Shown here: positions 37,601-50,500 of the stretch, in pieces
Numbering within the stretch: position 1 is the first letter of the stretch
Layout of the letters: every line of letters starts with the position of its first letter
Source: Bugula neritina
Lineage: Eukaryota > Animalia > Bryozoa
Direction of reading: 5' to 3'
Length of the DNA: 64,000 bases
NCBI GenBank assembly: GCA_964035545.1
Contig: OZ037766.1
Location: 10,468,722-10,532,721, forward strand
Translations under genes and position numbers: made by a program
The notes under the pieces: model-generated
Seen by the model: only the letters and a program-made list of their open reading frames with translations
Database searches by the model: none
What the model was told of the DNA's origin: nothing

Positions 37601-39603
37601 CAAGTCTAGGAAAATACAATAGGAAAACTAGTCATATTGCTTGTTATTGCCTTTTTACAGCTGCAAGTTGTACTGCTGAAATTAACTTTTCTGTAACAGA
37701 GTTTGCCTTATCTGTGCTGCATTACTTAACCCTATTATGTGAAGTAAACAGAGCCAACTAATTACAGAATTGTATTTATTTGTTGCAGGATTAATAATTG
37801 CGTGGGAGAGTTCAATCAAAAGTATTTTATTATGTTCTTAGCATATGTAGGTAAGTTTCATATTCCATTTGTTATGTCTGCATTATTTTGCCCTTCAAGT
37901 ATAAATACTACAGATGCTAATACTACCAATGCTACTAATGCTGATAAATTTGCAAAAGAAATCCATTTTCATATAAATTTGCTAATGCTGAGAATCTGGG
38001 AAGAAGATAGTAGCCATTGTAGTTTAAATCAGCAGTAGTCTGAATTCACCATAATTTAGAACTCACCAGACTATTTTTATTTCTAATATTCTGATGATAA
38101 CAATGACCTTAGTGTGTACTTTCTATACAATGTTATTTTTACCCAGTTTATACTGTGCTTTTATCATATCAATTACCCATCTTTTGTAAGCAAACTGCTT
38201 GAGGCATAATGAAATTATCTCTTGATTTTACCCAATTTGTATGATGAATGGAAGCTGAAATTCTAAAATTGCGTCTGTTACTTGTAGGAATGGCAAGTGT
38301 TTACGCCATATCTATGGTTGTAACTTATTGGTTGACTCATCCAGAATTTAAGAAGCATAGCAATGAAAAGGAGACAAAACTGTAAGCTATTTATAGAGAC
38401 GATTTGTATTTTTATATGGAGTTTTGCAGTGTTTTATGTTGTAGCTAATTCAGCTGTCATTAAACTATCATATCAAATCTATTCTTCAGTCTGGTAATTG
38501 AAAAGTTGTGAACTCGTAGGCCTAATATTGAGCATATTTCTCAAACGCTAACTCTTCACGAGTATAAATTTTTATTAGGTAGATAATCTCTCTCTTTCTT
38601 GCACTGTACCTTAATTATTTCCAAGAAAACTTTTGAAACTATGCTATTCAGACTTTTAGTCAACTTGTATTAGAAAAGTAAAAATTCTCAATGCAAAATA
38701 ATAATTAATGCTGTTATAATTGTTATAAAAACTAACTAAAACAATTAGTTTGTTGTGTAAAAGTTGTATATACTTTTTTTCTATAGGATGCACACAGTAA
38801 TACTAGTGGTGGAGTCATGCCTCTTCTTACTTTTTGTTATTGCTATTGGATGTGACCAGGTTAGCAAGTAATATCGAAACTGTATATTATTTTGTTTATG
38901 ATATGATACGAGTTCTGTGAATAACAGCTTTTTTAACATTTTAATATACTGCTACATAAGTGTTGAAACATTCAACACTGAGAAGTTTTGTTGCTCGAAA
39001 TATTTGTTTCTTGAAATATTCAACACTTGAAATGTTCTGACACTTGAAATGTTCTGATGCTTAAAATCCTTTATACTTGAAATGTTTGATACTTGAAATG
39101 CTGTATAGATGTGTGCGATACTGTCTGATGCCACTCTGATAGAACAGCTCAAAAAAGAAGGTTCCAGAAGAAAATTGACTACTAGAGAGGCATGCACTGA
39201 AGTCTTTGGCAATGGTAAAGTTTCAATACTTTTTGGTTTTATTTCTTGCATGTTTCCTGGAATTTATATAAATGAACCTCGTGGCTGAATAGTATAAACT
39301 ATAAACTACAAAATTTTCTTGCAGTTTTTCAGTAATTGCTGATATAATGGCCATAATACTTTTTTAAGCCACACACTTGCGGTTTTTCTAATTAAAAGTT
39401 TTTTACAGGGTTAATTGTAAACATTATTACACTATGATTCGATGTAAGATTTCTTTTATATTTTAAAATACTGTTTTTCTGTGCTATTAATATAATTTTT
39501 TTATAATTTATTTGCAGGTCACCCCGCTTTTTGGCTACTACCGTTTAAAATTAGTGGTCCAAAGCCTATGCTGAGAAGGCCTATACGTTTAGAAACAGTT
39601 TAG
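27962..39603 (+). CDS. ZDHHC3: DHHC palmitoyltransferase, ZDHHC3/7-like; 8 exons (27962-28083, 36957-37107, 37381-37499, 37789-37850, 38288-38381, 38787-38859, 39109-39214, 39518-39603)
   Basis: [27 protein letters not shown]...|[11 protein letters not shown]...[11 protein letters not shown]|[34 protein letters not shown]|[13 protein letters not shown]...; EVFG and WLLP C-terminal motifs. Exon 1 joins exon 2 in phase 2 across the 8.9-kb intron holding the Gypsy element. Confidence 0.88.
28630..28935 (+). repeat. 5' LTR
   Basis: Direct repeat of 35770-36075; CCAAT (28700), TATAAG (28719), Inr-like TCAGTT (28752), ATTAAA (28832). Confidence 0.95.
28937..28954 (+). other. Primer-binding site complementary to the 3' end of tRNA-Leu
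   Basis: TGGTGGCAGCAGTGGGAT one base after the 5' LTR; reverse complement ATCCCACTGCTGCCACCA resembles the tRNA-Leu(AAG/TAG) 3' end plus CCA. Confidence 0.85.
28969..29835 (+). CDS. gag: Gypsy Gag (288 aa)
   Basis: First ORF after the PBS; capsid-like [18 protein letters not shown]...W...LIQLR and LRARFG motifs; no CCHC knuckle visible. Confidence 0.85.
   Translation: METENTRMQPPPVEGERRNAVNPVNREREEAYRHCLKAPTFTGSEDVEQFIQEFREVMEVAQWPHRVALIQLRRAVTEQAKPYGVGTDVDGILAALRARFGISVIDARTKLERLCRTPRTSLQEHAATVKKLAQIAYSDLPAQHQERYTYDAFVQSLNDLGLDHHLRAKRITRIEDALKAGEAYLLATQMHRAQRNPPVVGVNAARATTGPEALPLEAEVDRMVEMLGQLVTILAGAGPGQALRVPPTPVGQGWSSADQDQGQKRRPQYQGALNCHGPRTLSLPAGRN
29784..34408 (+). pseudogene. pol: Gypsy Pol (PR-RT-RNaseH-IN), entered by -1 frameshift and interrupted in this copy by three apparent 1-nt indels (~30130, ~30970, ~33762)
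   Basis: Protease FLLDSG (ORF 30124-30999); RT YLDD, RNase H DTDAS, integrase HHCC, D-D-E and GPY motif (ORF 30990-33860); C-terminal tail with [12 protein letters not shown] (ORF 33767-34408). Confidence 0.9.
34426..35499 (+). CDS. Accessory ORF3 of the Gypsy element: 357-aa protein with acidic N-terminus, two C2H2-type zinc fingers and a C-terminal coiled coil
   Basis: Intact ATG-TAA ORF between pol and the PPT; CNLC-x12-H-x3-H followed by CPC-x12-H-x5-C; heptad helix [39 protein letters not shown]; no signal peptide or TM segment. Confidence 0.8.
   Translation: METGSMPVNSELIQQIESELLGTTFHVNDDEDTVMADGLLDLELDTVLGQSTHDSSVPRVHSKSCDSQASNGRQSLELCCKDPPRSSNNSTFVDTLAPVSPGMPSLEMAWDPEPAPTTSTTRQLPPQLEATSNWITPATEREIRTHQGGESNRECNLCQQRFTTHRRLKVHLPQHYITTFCPCGEYSYNRDYLLRHQRTMQCYQGHVYEVDESSYPAFLNAIKPLITDSARLSRLEQGFPSPRPIISGAADKPTQSTNSPPHSPLRMPHTFPRVVLQRVDTNAYTLPPPLPSSERKRHRQPTSSRSSPWARNLREVEARAHDLEQEVYRLAPRVQAASSELKYLQESIKRMKRAARS
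35759..35769 (+). other. Polypurine tract
   Basis: GGAGGGGGCAG immediately 5' of the 3' LTR. Confidence 0.85.
35770..36075 (+). repeat. 3' LTR
   Basis: Direct repeat of 28630-28935 at an offset of 7140 bp, followed by TSD CTAT. Confidence 0.95.
38965..39102 (+). repeat. Degenerate minisatellite (core ACTTGAAATGTT) upstream of a ZDHHC acceptor
   Basis: Repeated acacttgaaatgttctg-like units ending just before the exon at 39109. Confidence 0.65.
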
Positions 39604-40465
39604 ATATCAATTGATGTAGTGTAAGGTTTATAAATTATCACTATAAGTTAACTATTGATTTATATGAACACTGAATATACATATGCATGTAGTTGTTGTG
39701 TGTATTAAAACAGTATAATATTTATTATTAAAGACTTTTGAACTTCATTTCTTTTGTTTGTTCATAAACAATCTTGTTTGTGTCTAATTTATATTATATT
39801 TACTTGCTAGACTTGTTTTTCATGAATGAAAGAGTTTTTTGTCACATGTCAACTTTAATGTAGATGTGTATGCAGCAAATGAATGTAAAAGTTTATTATT
39901 AGTTTGCTCGGTATTTATTTTTTGCTCAACTATCTGAATACTAAAATGCTAACTAAAAGTACTTTCAGTATAATTTTTATTACAGTTTGTCTGCTTCATT
40001 GCTTTAATATTAACTGATTTTGTAATTTTATTTTTACATAGTTATCTGTTTTGTCATGCAGCAATTCTAGCACCTATTTTTCAATGACTAGTAACTTCGT
40101 CATAATTATTTTGTATATACATTGTATATAGGTATTCTAATGTAACGTGTGCTAGTGATTGTTTAGAATAACTGTTCTATATATTTGAAATGAATAAAAA
40201 GTTGAACAAATTTTGAAGCATGATTATAATGGTGATAAACCTAAACAGAAGTTTGGGGTAAAAATCTAATCGGCCAATAAAAATAGTGTGTGAATTATAA
40301 AATTTACAGAAATTAGCAAAGGTTACAGGCTAAACTATTTGCTATGTCTATTGGGGCTAGCAATGAAAAAATAAAACTTGATATACAATACATTAAACAC
40401 ACACATAATATGTATAGTAACTTAAAGAAGGATTCGAAAACGAAACAAATGAGGAATATTATTCG

Positions 40466-43400
40466 TTATGGGCTAACATGGATTTCAATGGGCAACAATA
40501 CAAAATCTGATTCATTGGCAATCATTAAAATCAATTTATACAAACGCTTCTTCACCACCTTATGTCTGAACTGCAAATTAATTTCGTCATCTGATACAAC
40601 CAAATGAAATTTATGATTCTCATTGCCAAACAACTTGTAGGTCTCAGTTGGACTGTATTTCCTTGATGCTACCAATGTTGCAATATTTTTTCTTGATTTT
40701 AGTTTAGTCATGCTAGTATCTATATTAATAATGATTGGTTCAAGAAGCATGCTCTCAATAGTAGATATGTCATTTAGTGTATCTCGCTTACTCCTGTGAT
40801 AGTCGCTCTGGGGATAGCTATCAACCACTTCAACTAGCTGTGCCTTCTCCACGGAGCTAATTCCACATAGCCAACATCCTTCTCCTAATGGCAAATTGTT
40901 GCCCTGGCGTCCCGGAACGTGAGGCAGTGGTAATCGGTTGTCAAAATATTTTTCATCTGGTGGGCTGATTGTTGCTATGCAATGACTAAAAAGGAAATTA
41001 GTAAAAATGCAATAGACAAAGCAATTAATGAAATTCAAGCTAGCTAGCCTACAATATAAAATGCAAACTTGTAGAATTGCCTTAATGTACTTGATACACA
41101 TCATTGCAACTTAACAAACTTAAAGCTGTAATAGTTAACCACTTACCCTTTATCAACTAGTTGGTAGCCTAACGGACAACCACAGTAGTAGGAACTAGCA
41201 AACTGCTGGCAAGAAAACAAGCAATCCTCATCCTTACATGAACTTTCTAAACCAGTGGTTGAGTTAGTAGGTGAACCTTTTCCCCCAGTTCCACTCGTTT
41301 GATCTGTAATTAACAAGTAGGTAATTAGCCAGGTTAGTGTCATTCATGCAATAGTTCTGTCAATAACAATCTTGTACATAATAACATTACTATTTAAGTC
41401 TATGAAACAAAACCAGTTTGAAATATCATCACTTATACTAAAAATATGCATAGGTATACAAAGCAAAGCAACAGAAGCCTTTACCATTCTCGCATTGTAG
41501 GGTCAGAGGGTTGAATATTCCACCACGGCTAGCACAGGAACAGTAGTAAGCCCCACCAGTGTTTATACATTCTGCTGCACCACATATACCCCTTTGGATG
41601 CATTCATTGATATCTATATGATTCAACAAGAATTATTGCATGTAATTTACATTTAGAGCACTTTGCAATAAAGAGTGAGTGTATTTATTTAAAATATATT
41701 AACCTCACTTGAATGGAAAGTAATTGTAAACAGGCCTAAAGAAATCACAATATTAAAACATTGCAGTGAAATATAGCCTTTTATAGAATACAATGATTAT
41801 TAATCAACCTTATTATATAGTAAAATAAATTACACATGTATATATATTTCACCCTGAGATACATAGAGCTAATAAATACTCACCTACACACTGTAAGTTT
41901 CTAGCCTTATAACCTTGAGGACACTGACACTTGTAACCACCATCAGTGTTAATACATGTTGAATTATAATTGCATCGATATATACCTAGTGAACACTCAT
42001 CCACATCTACAATAACATAATATATATCATACAATATATATAAATCTCAACAAGTGCATTTTATTCATCCACAATGGTTACAAACCAGGACCACAGCTTT
42101 GAAGTATAATTCTTCCAATTTAGTCAAACTTTATTAATTTAAATTAAATATCTTTAAAGTTTAGGGATGTTTTCTAAGAGTTTACAAAGAGTTTTGCGGG
42201 AAAGGCACTTCTCAGCAGCATAATGCAAAAATGTATAAATACTTGTATATTTTGGTTTGAAAAAAACTGATGAGACTCTACTTAGGCTCTAGACTCTAAA
42301 GTCTACATTAAATAATAGCTATTTTCCATCCCCGGGTAAAGGAAAATTAACTGATCAATTTTTACTTCAAGTTGCAATTACCCAGACATGATCTGCCATC
42401 ATAAGATAAGGTGTAGCCTTCAGCACATTCACACTTGAAGCTACCGAGTGTATTAACACATTTATATTCACATAGTCTTGGGTTTAACCTGCATTCATCC
42501 ATATCTACAACATGTAATTATAAAAAGACAGTGAAGATGCAATAACTCCAATATTAGAACAATCATGTAGCTCACAAAGTGAAAATGTACATTATTATAA
42601 TCTCATATAATTTATACTCAGTAATTTTGATCTAGGATAGCAACATTTGTGCAGCTGAGAAAATATTGGGACTGCAAGTAGCAATGAGGGGAATCTGCAT
42701 TATTTATTTCTCTCACCTATACATTCTTTACCAGATTCTCCAACTTTGTACCCTTCATGGCACACGCATCTGTAGCTACCCATTGTGTTCAAACATTGGC
42801 CATTAGGGCAAGCGTTTGGCATGACCAGACATTCATTAATATCTGAAAAATATGTTGCATAGAGTTCTATATCATTTTAACACAGTGTTTAAGTAAAAGT
42901 CGGCTATAAGCTATGGGCAAAACACAAAATCCTACGTAAGATTCTTTGGATCAGATTTGAAGCCAACAAATTAGGATAATCAAACAGTTGTAATTGTTAA
43001 GTTGAATTATATTTATTGTAAGATGTGATGATAAACAAAACAAGAATTGCGATATCAATTTAAGTGAATATTAATAGTGACAGCAAATACTGTATACAAT
43101 TAGTTGATAACCATGCAAAATTACGAGATTAAAACACGTTAGTGAATAAACACAAAAACTTTGACTATTGAATGCATGGGCCGCCATAGCTCAGTGGTTA
43201 GAGCGCCTGTCTAGTAAACAGGAGGTCATGAGTTCGATCCTCATTGGTGGCTATCTTTTTATTTTTATTGATGATGAAAATTAGCATAATTTCAGTGCAA
43301 TTATAAATTATACGTTATACTATTTATGCAATTATATTGCAGTTATATATAATGTAAAACAAAAATATGTATTTACTACTGCTCCTACCTCAAGGAAATT

Positions 43401-46400
43401 TGCTGTGGCATCATGGTAGCGATTATAGTAATTATTGCATTTAGTAAATTAGCTACTGACTCTCTTTTAAGTATGACTAGGTTAAGTATGACATCATCAT
43501 TTTTCGGGTTAACTGCAACTCAGATAGGTGTGACTTAGTCTTTATATACTTTAACACAAAGAGCGCTGTGTTGTCATAATTGTAGTAATACATTACAATA
43601 AATAAAAGTAATGCCAAAAGTATAATATTATAAACAGTTGAACAACAAACCTATTCCATTGATATCAAAGCCTGGCCCAAAAGTGCAGAGTTTTCTGTGT
43701 TCCGCTGTTCCAATAGCTGGACAAAGAGTGCAGTGGCGCCCCCACGCGACAGCTCTGGAGCAGCAGCAGAGTGCCATGGTTGAAGCACGTGCGTTTGTGA
43801 TGTTAGTTGCACACAAGCCACGATGATTCAATTCATAGTGACATATATCTTCTCTGGCATCTAGAAAATGTGTGAGATTTTCTAATAAAGCCAGTTATCA
43901 GACATAAGATGGAAGGAGAGGTTGAAGTTTTGGGAAACTAATTATACTTACTTTTATCTTTGTGGTTGACCCAAATGGTTGAAATTATTGACAAACTAGT
44001 TGCTTGGCAACTTACACAATTTATACAAATTTTGAACACAGACTACATACTTAAAAGGATCAAAGCTGGGTTCAAGTCGAAAGTTGGTGGCCCTGCTTAA
44101 TTTACCCCAAAACTGTTAGCTTAACTGAACTAACTTGGCTCAACTAATTAACTTGTTTGATGGGGATCATAATCTGGAACTAGTTATGTTAATTTATGTA
44201 CTTTATACAGTACTACAGTAATATACAACAACATACAGCAATATACAATAATATACAGTAACATAACAGTAATATACAGTAATATATGTACTTTATACAG
44301 TGACCTTTAGCCTATTGCTCTATAACAACTTTATCAAATAGGTATGTTAGTAAGGGAATGCTATTTAAAGGAAAAGGCATTAAGCAAAAATCCATCAGTA
44401 AGTATTTTTAGTGTCTCTTTTTCTAGAAATTGATAAAATGATTACATAAGTAAGATAATGTCTAGCAGATTTCTATTATTCTTTTTTTTTTCATTTTTAT
44501 TTTCATGGGTTGTTGGTAAGTATGATGTAAACAAAGCTAAAACTAAAACTGATAATATTATATTATAATGGTTGAGCTGGTAAATGCAACCAAACTCTTA
44601 ACTACATGTATAGTTGTCAAGTGTATCCCAAACTAGCCAGTCAGTTTAGATTGCCTCAACGCAGATAAACCTTTCTATTGAACCATTTCGTTTTGATATC
44701 AGTTGACTTGGCCAATCAATGATCTGATATGACTTGATAGCTTGTTTGATGTACGTGCAGAGTTACAGTTTTTAATAGCAACATTTGTAATACGAGAAGT
44801 TGTCTGCTTATGAAATTAACCAATTTCGCTCCAAACCAGAAATTACTAGCTCAACCTGCGTCTCTGCACACAGTACAGAAGATTATACCGGGACAAAAGA
44901 GCTTAATACTTATTAGAGCGTATGACTCATAATATTTTTGCCCTTTGTATCAGCTGGCCTCGTGGCCCAATGGATAAGGCGCCTGACTACGAATCAGGAG
45001 ATTCCAGGTTCGAGTCCTGGCGGGGTCAAAATATTTTTTTAACTAATGCTAGAAATATTTTGACAAAGAAGTGACCAAATGTGTCAAAATAATTTTTTAG
45101 TAAAAGTTAACATAGCGAAGTCAAAAATCAATAATTATGTAAAATTTAACAGCTCAGTCTGAAAATATTTGTTTGCTGTTAACTAACCTACGCAAGAAAG
45201 TCCAGCAGCAGAGAGAGTTGAGTCAGGGGGACATTCACATCGATAGCCACCCTCAAAATTTTTGCACTGGCCATTTTGACATATATTTGCATCCATACTA
45301 CATTCATCTACATCTTCACAATCATCACCAAATTGAGAGACCTTCTGATACCCTGCAGCACAACGCATAAACTAGAAATTAAAAAGATAAACCGTAAGAA
45401 CAATATATTACAAAGTAAAAGAGCATTCATTTTTAAGGACTGTTAAAAAATATTATCTGTTTTCTATTTTTAGATATTATAAAGTTATGATGTTTATAAC
45501 AACATAAATATAAAAAAATAAATAGCTTGCAAACATTGATGAGTTATGACTGGGAAAGATTTTTGCTAACAAAGTTAACTAGCTATGAAATTTGATTTAA
45601 CTAAGATAAGTTTTGCAATTCATTAATCATAAAAGGCACAGTGCAAAGTACTTAAAGACCAAGATACAGCAAGTTAATTATTTCAGTAATTTGTAGTAAA
45701 ATTATTCTAGTTGTAAATTTTATAATATAAGTTCTTATTTTACATTCATCACAGAAAATTCAATGATTTATTGCTGCTCCACACCTGTTAGCTGTTACTA
45801 AACAGTTATTTACACTTCTATGCTGCGGAGAAAGCACATTTGTAAATGAGGGCAATTAGAAATATAGGAGTATGGGAGCAGCCATGGTCTAGGCCCTAGG
45901 GGTTAGAGCGTTAGCCTAGTAAACACGAAGGTCATGGGTTCGAGCCCCGACAAAAGCCTAATTGGTGATGTTAGGAAGAGCATTCAGTCATAATTGCTCC
46001 TGTGCTCCATCTGAATAAGTCCTTAGCCGGATTTAACAAAATCCTTTTCATCAGGGGTTTTTTAAAAGTTTGTTCAAAGAGATTGTGTAACTCGTAAATG
46101 TATAGTGTGCAACTTAGAACAAATATGCAGCACCAACACACCAACACACCAACACCCTAATATTATAGACACCTTGCTTCCTTTATAATCTATACGATAC
46201 GATATAGGAGTTGGAAAACATCCCATTGGTACGCCAGCTTCCCAGGCTGTACAATAAATTCATGCAGTGAGTTGATAAACAATTTTTGACATTTTCCAAT
46301 ATACACAACAATGATCAAGTCTTCCAGAGTCATTCAGCACCTTACTTGATGTTGGAAAGCAGAATTGTGGTTAATAACATTAAGATTTTGAAACAAGATC

Positions 46401-47535
46401 ATTTCGATTGATAGATTTTTTCGTCCTTGAAATTTTGATTTGTGTATTTTCAGTTGTTAGGGTAGTAAAATTTTAACTCCGCTTATAATTTTTGACCTAT
46501 TCATATGAAATTTGGAATATATTATGCTTAAATGTGTTTCTAACAAGCCTACCAGAATTAGACATGTGTATCTAATAGGTTTCAAAATAATAATATGATC
46601 ATCTCCAATCTCCATACATGGTACCTGTTAAAAATATATAATTTTGGCGAAAATTGCATAAAACTTTTTTTCTATTAAACCTAGAAGACTGGATGAGGTA
46701 GGGGTTTTCCTTCAAATTATAAAGTTTGAGCAAAATTGAACAATTATTTTAGGAGATAACTTTTTTTGTGAGCTCCGACCAGACTTGCTTCAATTTGGCC
46801 TTGGCTTCTGAAATTGAGGGGGTATGTAGGTACACCCGTTATTAGGAACATGTCAAAATTTGGGATCAGTTGGGCTATTATTTTTCAAGATATGACCAAT
46901 TGAATGAAAATTCGTAGTCCTGCCATTTGGCGTTGCGCATCATTGTAATGAGTGATGCTAAGAATTGATATAAGCCATAAGCATCGTAACTAACAAGTCC
47001 CAGGTGGTCTAGTGGTTAGGATCCGGCGCTCTCACCGCCGTGGCCGGGGTTCGATTCCCCGTCTGGGAAGTACTTTTTTTCATAAATTTTTTGTGTAGAG
47101 TTACAAATGCATTGTATCAGTTTTACATGGAGGTTGTATTTTGCCATTGTAATTTCATTACCAGTTATGGTTCCAACACAGTTGTTTAGTATGGCGATGA
47201 AAATTTTCAGTATTATGCCACATAGTTTCAAATTACACAAAGCCTCTGGGGCTTAGGGAATACATAGCTTGTACCAAAAAGTGCTGCTGAACATACTGTT
47301 AATACAGAACAGAAAAGTTGATACAAAAAGAACACCAAAATACATGATGCAGTTTAAGAGCCTCCTAATTTTGAATTTTGATCTTTTCGGTTTCGCTAAT
47401 ACCAACTTAACGTTAACAGAAAAATTATCTCTAGTATATACAAAAAAACTTTATTATAAGTTATTAAAAAATATTTGATCACATAAACATTTGTAGTTTT
47501 ATAACTTCTGTCACTAAAGAATTATTTTGTGTCTT

Positions 47536-47580
<45 letters not shown>

Positions 47581-50500
47581 ATTTACCTTCTGGACATATG
47601 CAAATAAAAGATCCAACCAAGTTCTTGCATGCATATCTGCAGTTGTTTGTAGTGGTCAAGCATTCATCAATATCAACACAGTGTCTGCCATCAGCAGCTA
47701 GCTCATAGCCAGCTGGGCATACACAGACATATGTACCAGGTAAGTTATGGCATCGGAATGCACACCCATGTAGCTCATGGTTAGAGCATTCATTTATATC
47801 TACAACACGTCACAGCTTAGTTTATGGAAAAAATTTATAATATAAAACACATGAACACAACACAGACAGAACACACACACACACGCAAACACACAACACA
47901 CATTGCTTTACTTGTTGGAAATTACAGCCTGCAGAAGGAAATCTACAAACCGAAGTACAAACTAAGTAGCATTTCCAATGTCATTGGAAGTTATCAAGCA
48001 ATCATCACAAAAAAAGCTACCTTCACATTTGCTATTATAGTCAAGTTGAAATCCATCATAGCAACTGCACATGTAGCTACCAATAGTGTTCCTACAGAGA
48101 CCTTGTCCACAGACATCTGGGAGTGAAGTACATTCATCCACATCTATAAGAATATTATTAACCCAAAGTAAAATTTGTTGATTACAAAACCAGTTGTATT
48201 CAATTCAAAGTAACTAAATTAGATCACATTTCAGAACCATCATCTGTTTAATCCTACCAAGTGCAAAGTACTTTAGAGCATTATGTCAAATAAAATGCAT
48301 TTAAACTTGGACCAAATATAACTGATATTATTTAAAAAATCTGGTCAATTTCCAGCACTTGAAAATGTAGAAATGTGTCGGTGACGACATTTATTTAAGC
48401 TGCATATGTCAGCAGATTTAATTTATTTCATACTCAAGAAGCAGTGCTGGGTTACCTATACTAGATTGTTGAAGGTCTGCTTGCATTGAGACGTTTTCGT
48501 AAAACACACAGCAGCCATCATTAACTTTCGTAAGTTGGTGACGTTTTAAAATGTTATGTTTTACAGGTTCAAATATATACAGCTCAATAAACAAAATATG
48601 CAAACTAAATGAAAAATTTTCTTTACTAAAAAGTTACTGCCTCGGTGTGTTTGTCCATTGTTTTGATCACCAGTTTCTCTGTGTAAACATATCAATGTGA
48701 ACAGACTTTTACACTGACTTAAATTCTCAAGTATTACAAGTAGTATACCTATACAATAAGATGATGTTTCATCAAGCTCATATCCTTTATTGCATTCACA
48801 TCTGTACCTGCCATCCATGTTAACGCAATGCCCGTTTTCGCATGCATCAGGATACATTAAACACTCATTGATATCTGAAAATGATGACGTTACGCATGAT
48901 GAAACTTTACATTGATGCAAAATAATATACATTATGAAGCATTATATCATCGTTAACTTATATTTTTCCAACAATTTTCTCCAATGCAATGTTGGTTTAA
49001 AAATTAATTTTTTTTTGTTTTAGCGATAATAATTAACTAGAAAAATTGTTGTCTTTAATCTTACCAAGGATGGAGCCATCTGGTAGCTCAACATAACCTA
49101 TACCCATGCTGCACAAAGCCTGGAAATCTGAACTATTGAACTGTGGGCACGTCTCGCATGCGCCTCTGTAAGACCAGCCGGCTGGAAGGTCTAGAGCGCA
49201 GCAACATTCTGCTTTACTGATATCCACAGGCATCTCTTCAGAACATTCCCCATTTATTATATCATTAAAACATAATCCAGTTCGAGTATCTAAAATCGGA
49301 ATTATCTATTACTAGAAAGCAAATTATGTTTATTTTTAGAATTGCCTACTTTCTAAGAATTTTACTCCGCACCCCACCATGGTGTGTTTTATCAAATATA
49401 ACTCAATCAAAGTTAGATACTGTTTATATAATGACATATGATTATTCTGTGCACGAATTTATAACTATGTCCAGCATATTACATGAATCAATTATTAACA
49501 TAAAATTACCAATGCACTTGAATGTAGTGCCCTCAAAGACTTGTGTGAAATGTTGGGGACAAACGCAGTAGTACGAGCCAAGCTCATTAATGCATCTTCC
49601 ATTCTTACAGGCACCTTCGACTTCTATACATTCATTGATATCTAAAATTTAAACAAAAATGTAAGTATGGCCATGGGCTATATTGTTTACACAGTTATAT
49701 TGAATCATGTATAACAATATTACATTGTCTGCACCACAGCCATGGAGCATTTTGGGATGAATGTATTATTATGCATGTAATTCCTTCCAATATATGGGAT
49801 TTTTTAGTCTAAATACTATGAGAACCTTAATTACTATCTATCTACTCTAATTATACTCAAAACCATTCTAAAGTGAACTAACAACAGTAAAAATATAACT
49901 TTGCACGAACATTGTATAATTCTATTGTAAAAATGTAAGGTAATTTTAAATATTTCTCCGATTTTCTAGAACTTAACGCACCTAGGCATATTGTCCGACT
50001 TGGAGATAATTTGAACCCATTGAAGCACAGGCATTCATAATAGCCATCATAATTCACACATCTACTATCAGGACATGCATATCTGTCTTCAGTGCATTCA
50101 TTTATGTCTATACAGTTATATCCATCTTCAGATAATTTGTAGCCATTTTGGCATTGACAGGTAAAGTTTCCTGCAAAAAATAAATTACACTTTTCAGTAA
50201 AGCATCAGAATACATATTATACAGATATAATTGAATTATATTATATAGTTGAAAATGATATTCTTAAATATAACAATGGCACATATAATACTCATCAAAA
50301 TATGCCCTTCTAAGCTCAAGTCAATCTAGCAGTTAAAACTGGTACCACAGCATTTATAAAAACACTTTTATCTTTACACATATGCGCACATATACTACAA
50401 TCTATTTATATTACAAAAAGTTAATTGTTACAAATATCAAAACATGACTGCCTTGTTTAAAAAAATAGCACAAGTGGATTAAAACATGGCTTAAACTTTA

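Noticed and set aside
5320-40800. Functional pairing of PCSK7 with the fibrillin RSKR cleavage site
   Set aside because: Three unrelated genes lie between them; proximity alone is no evidence.
45893-45955. Seventh tRNA gene (Thr-like)
   Set aside because: Acceptor and anticodon stems do not pair and it runs into SINE-like sequence; treated as a SINE head.
47016-47240. ORFs overlapping tRNA genes (47016-47240, 54961-55236)
   Set aside because: Antisense translations of tRNA-Glu and tRNA-Gly sequence; not coding.
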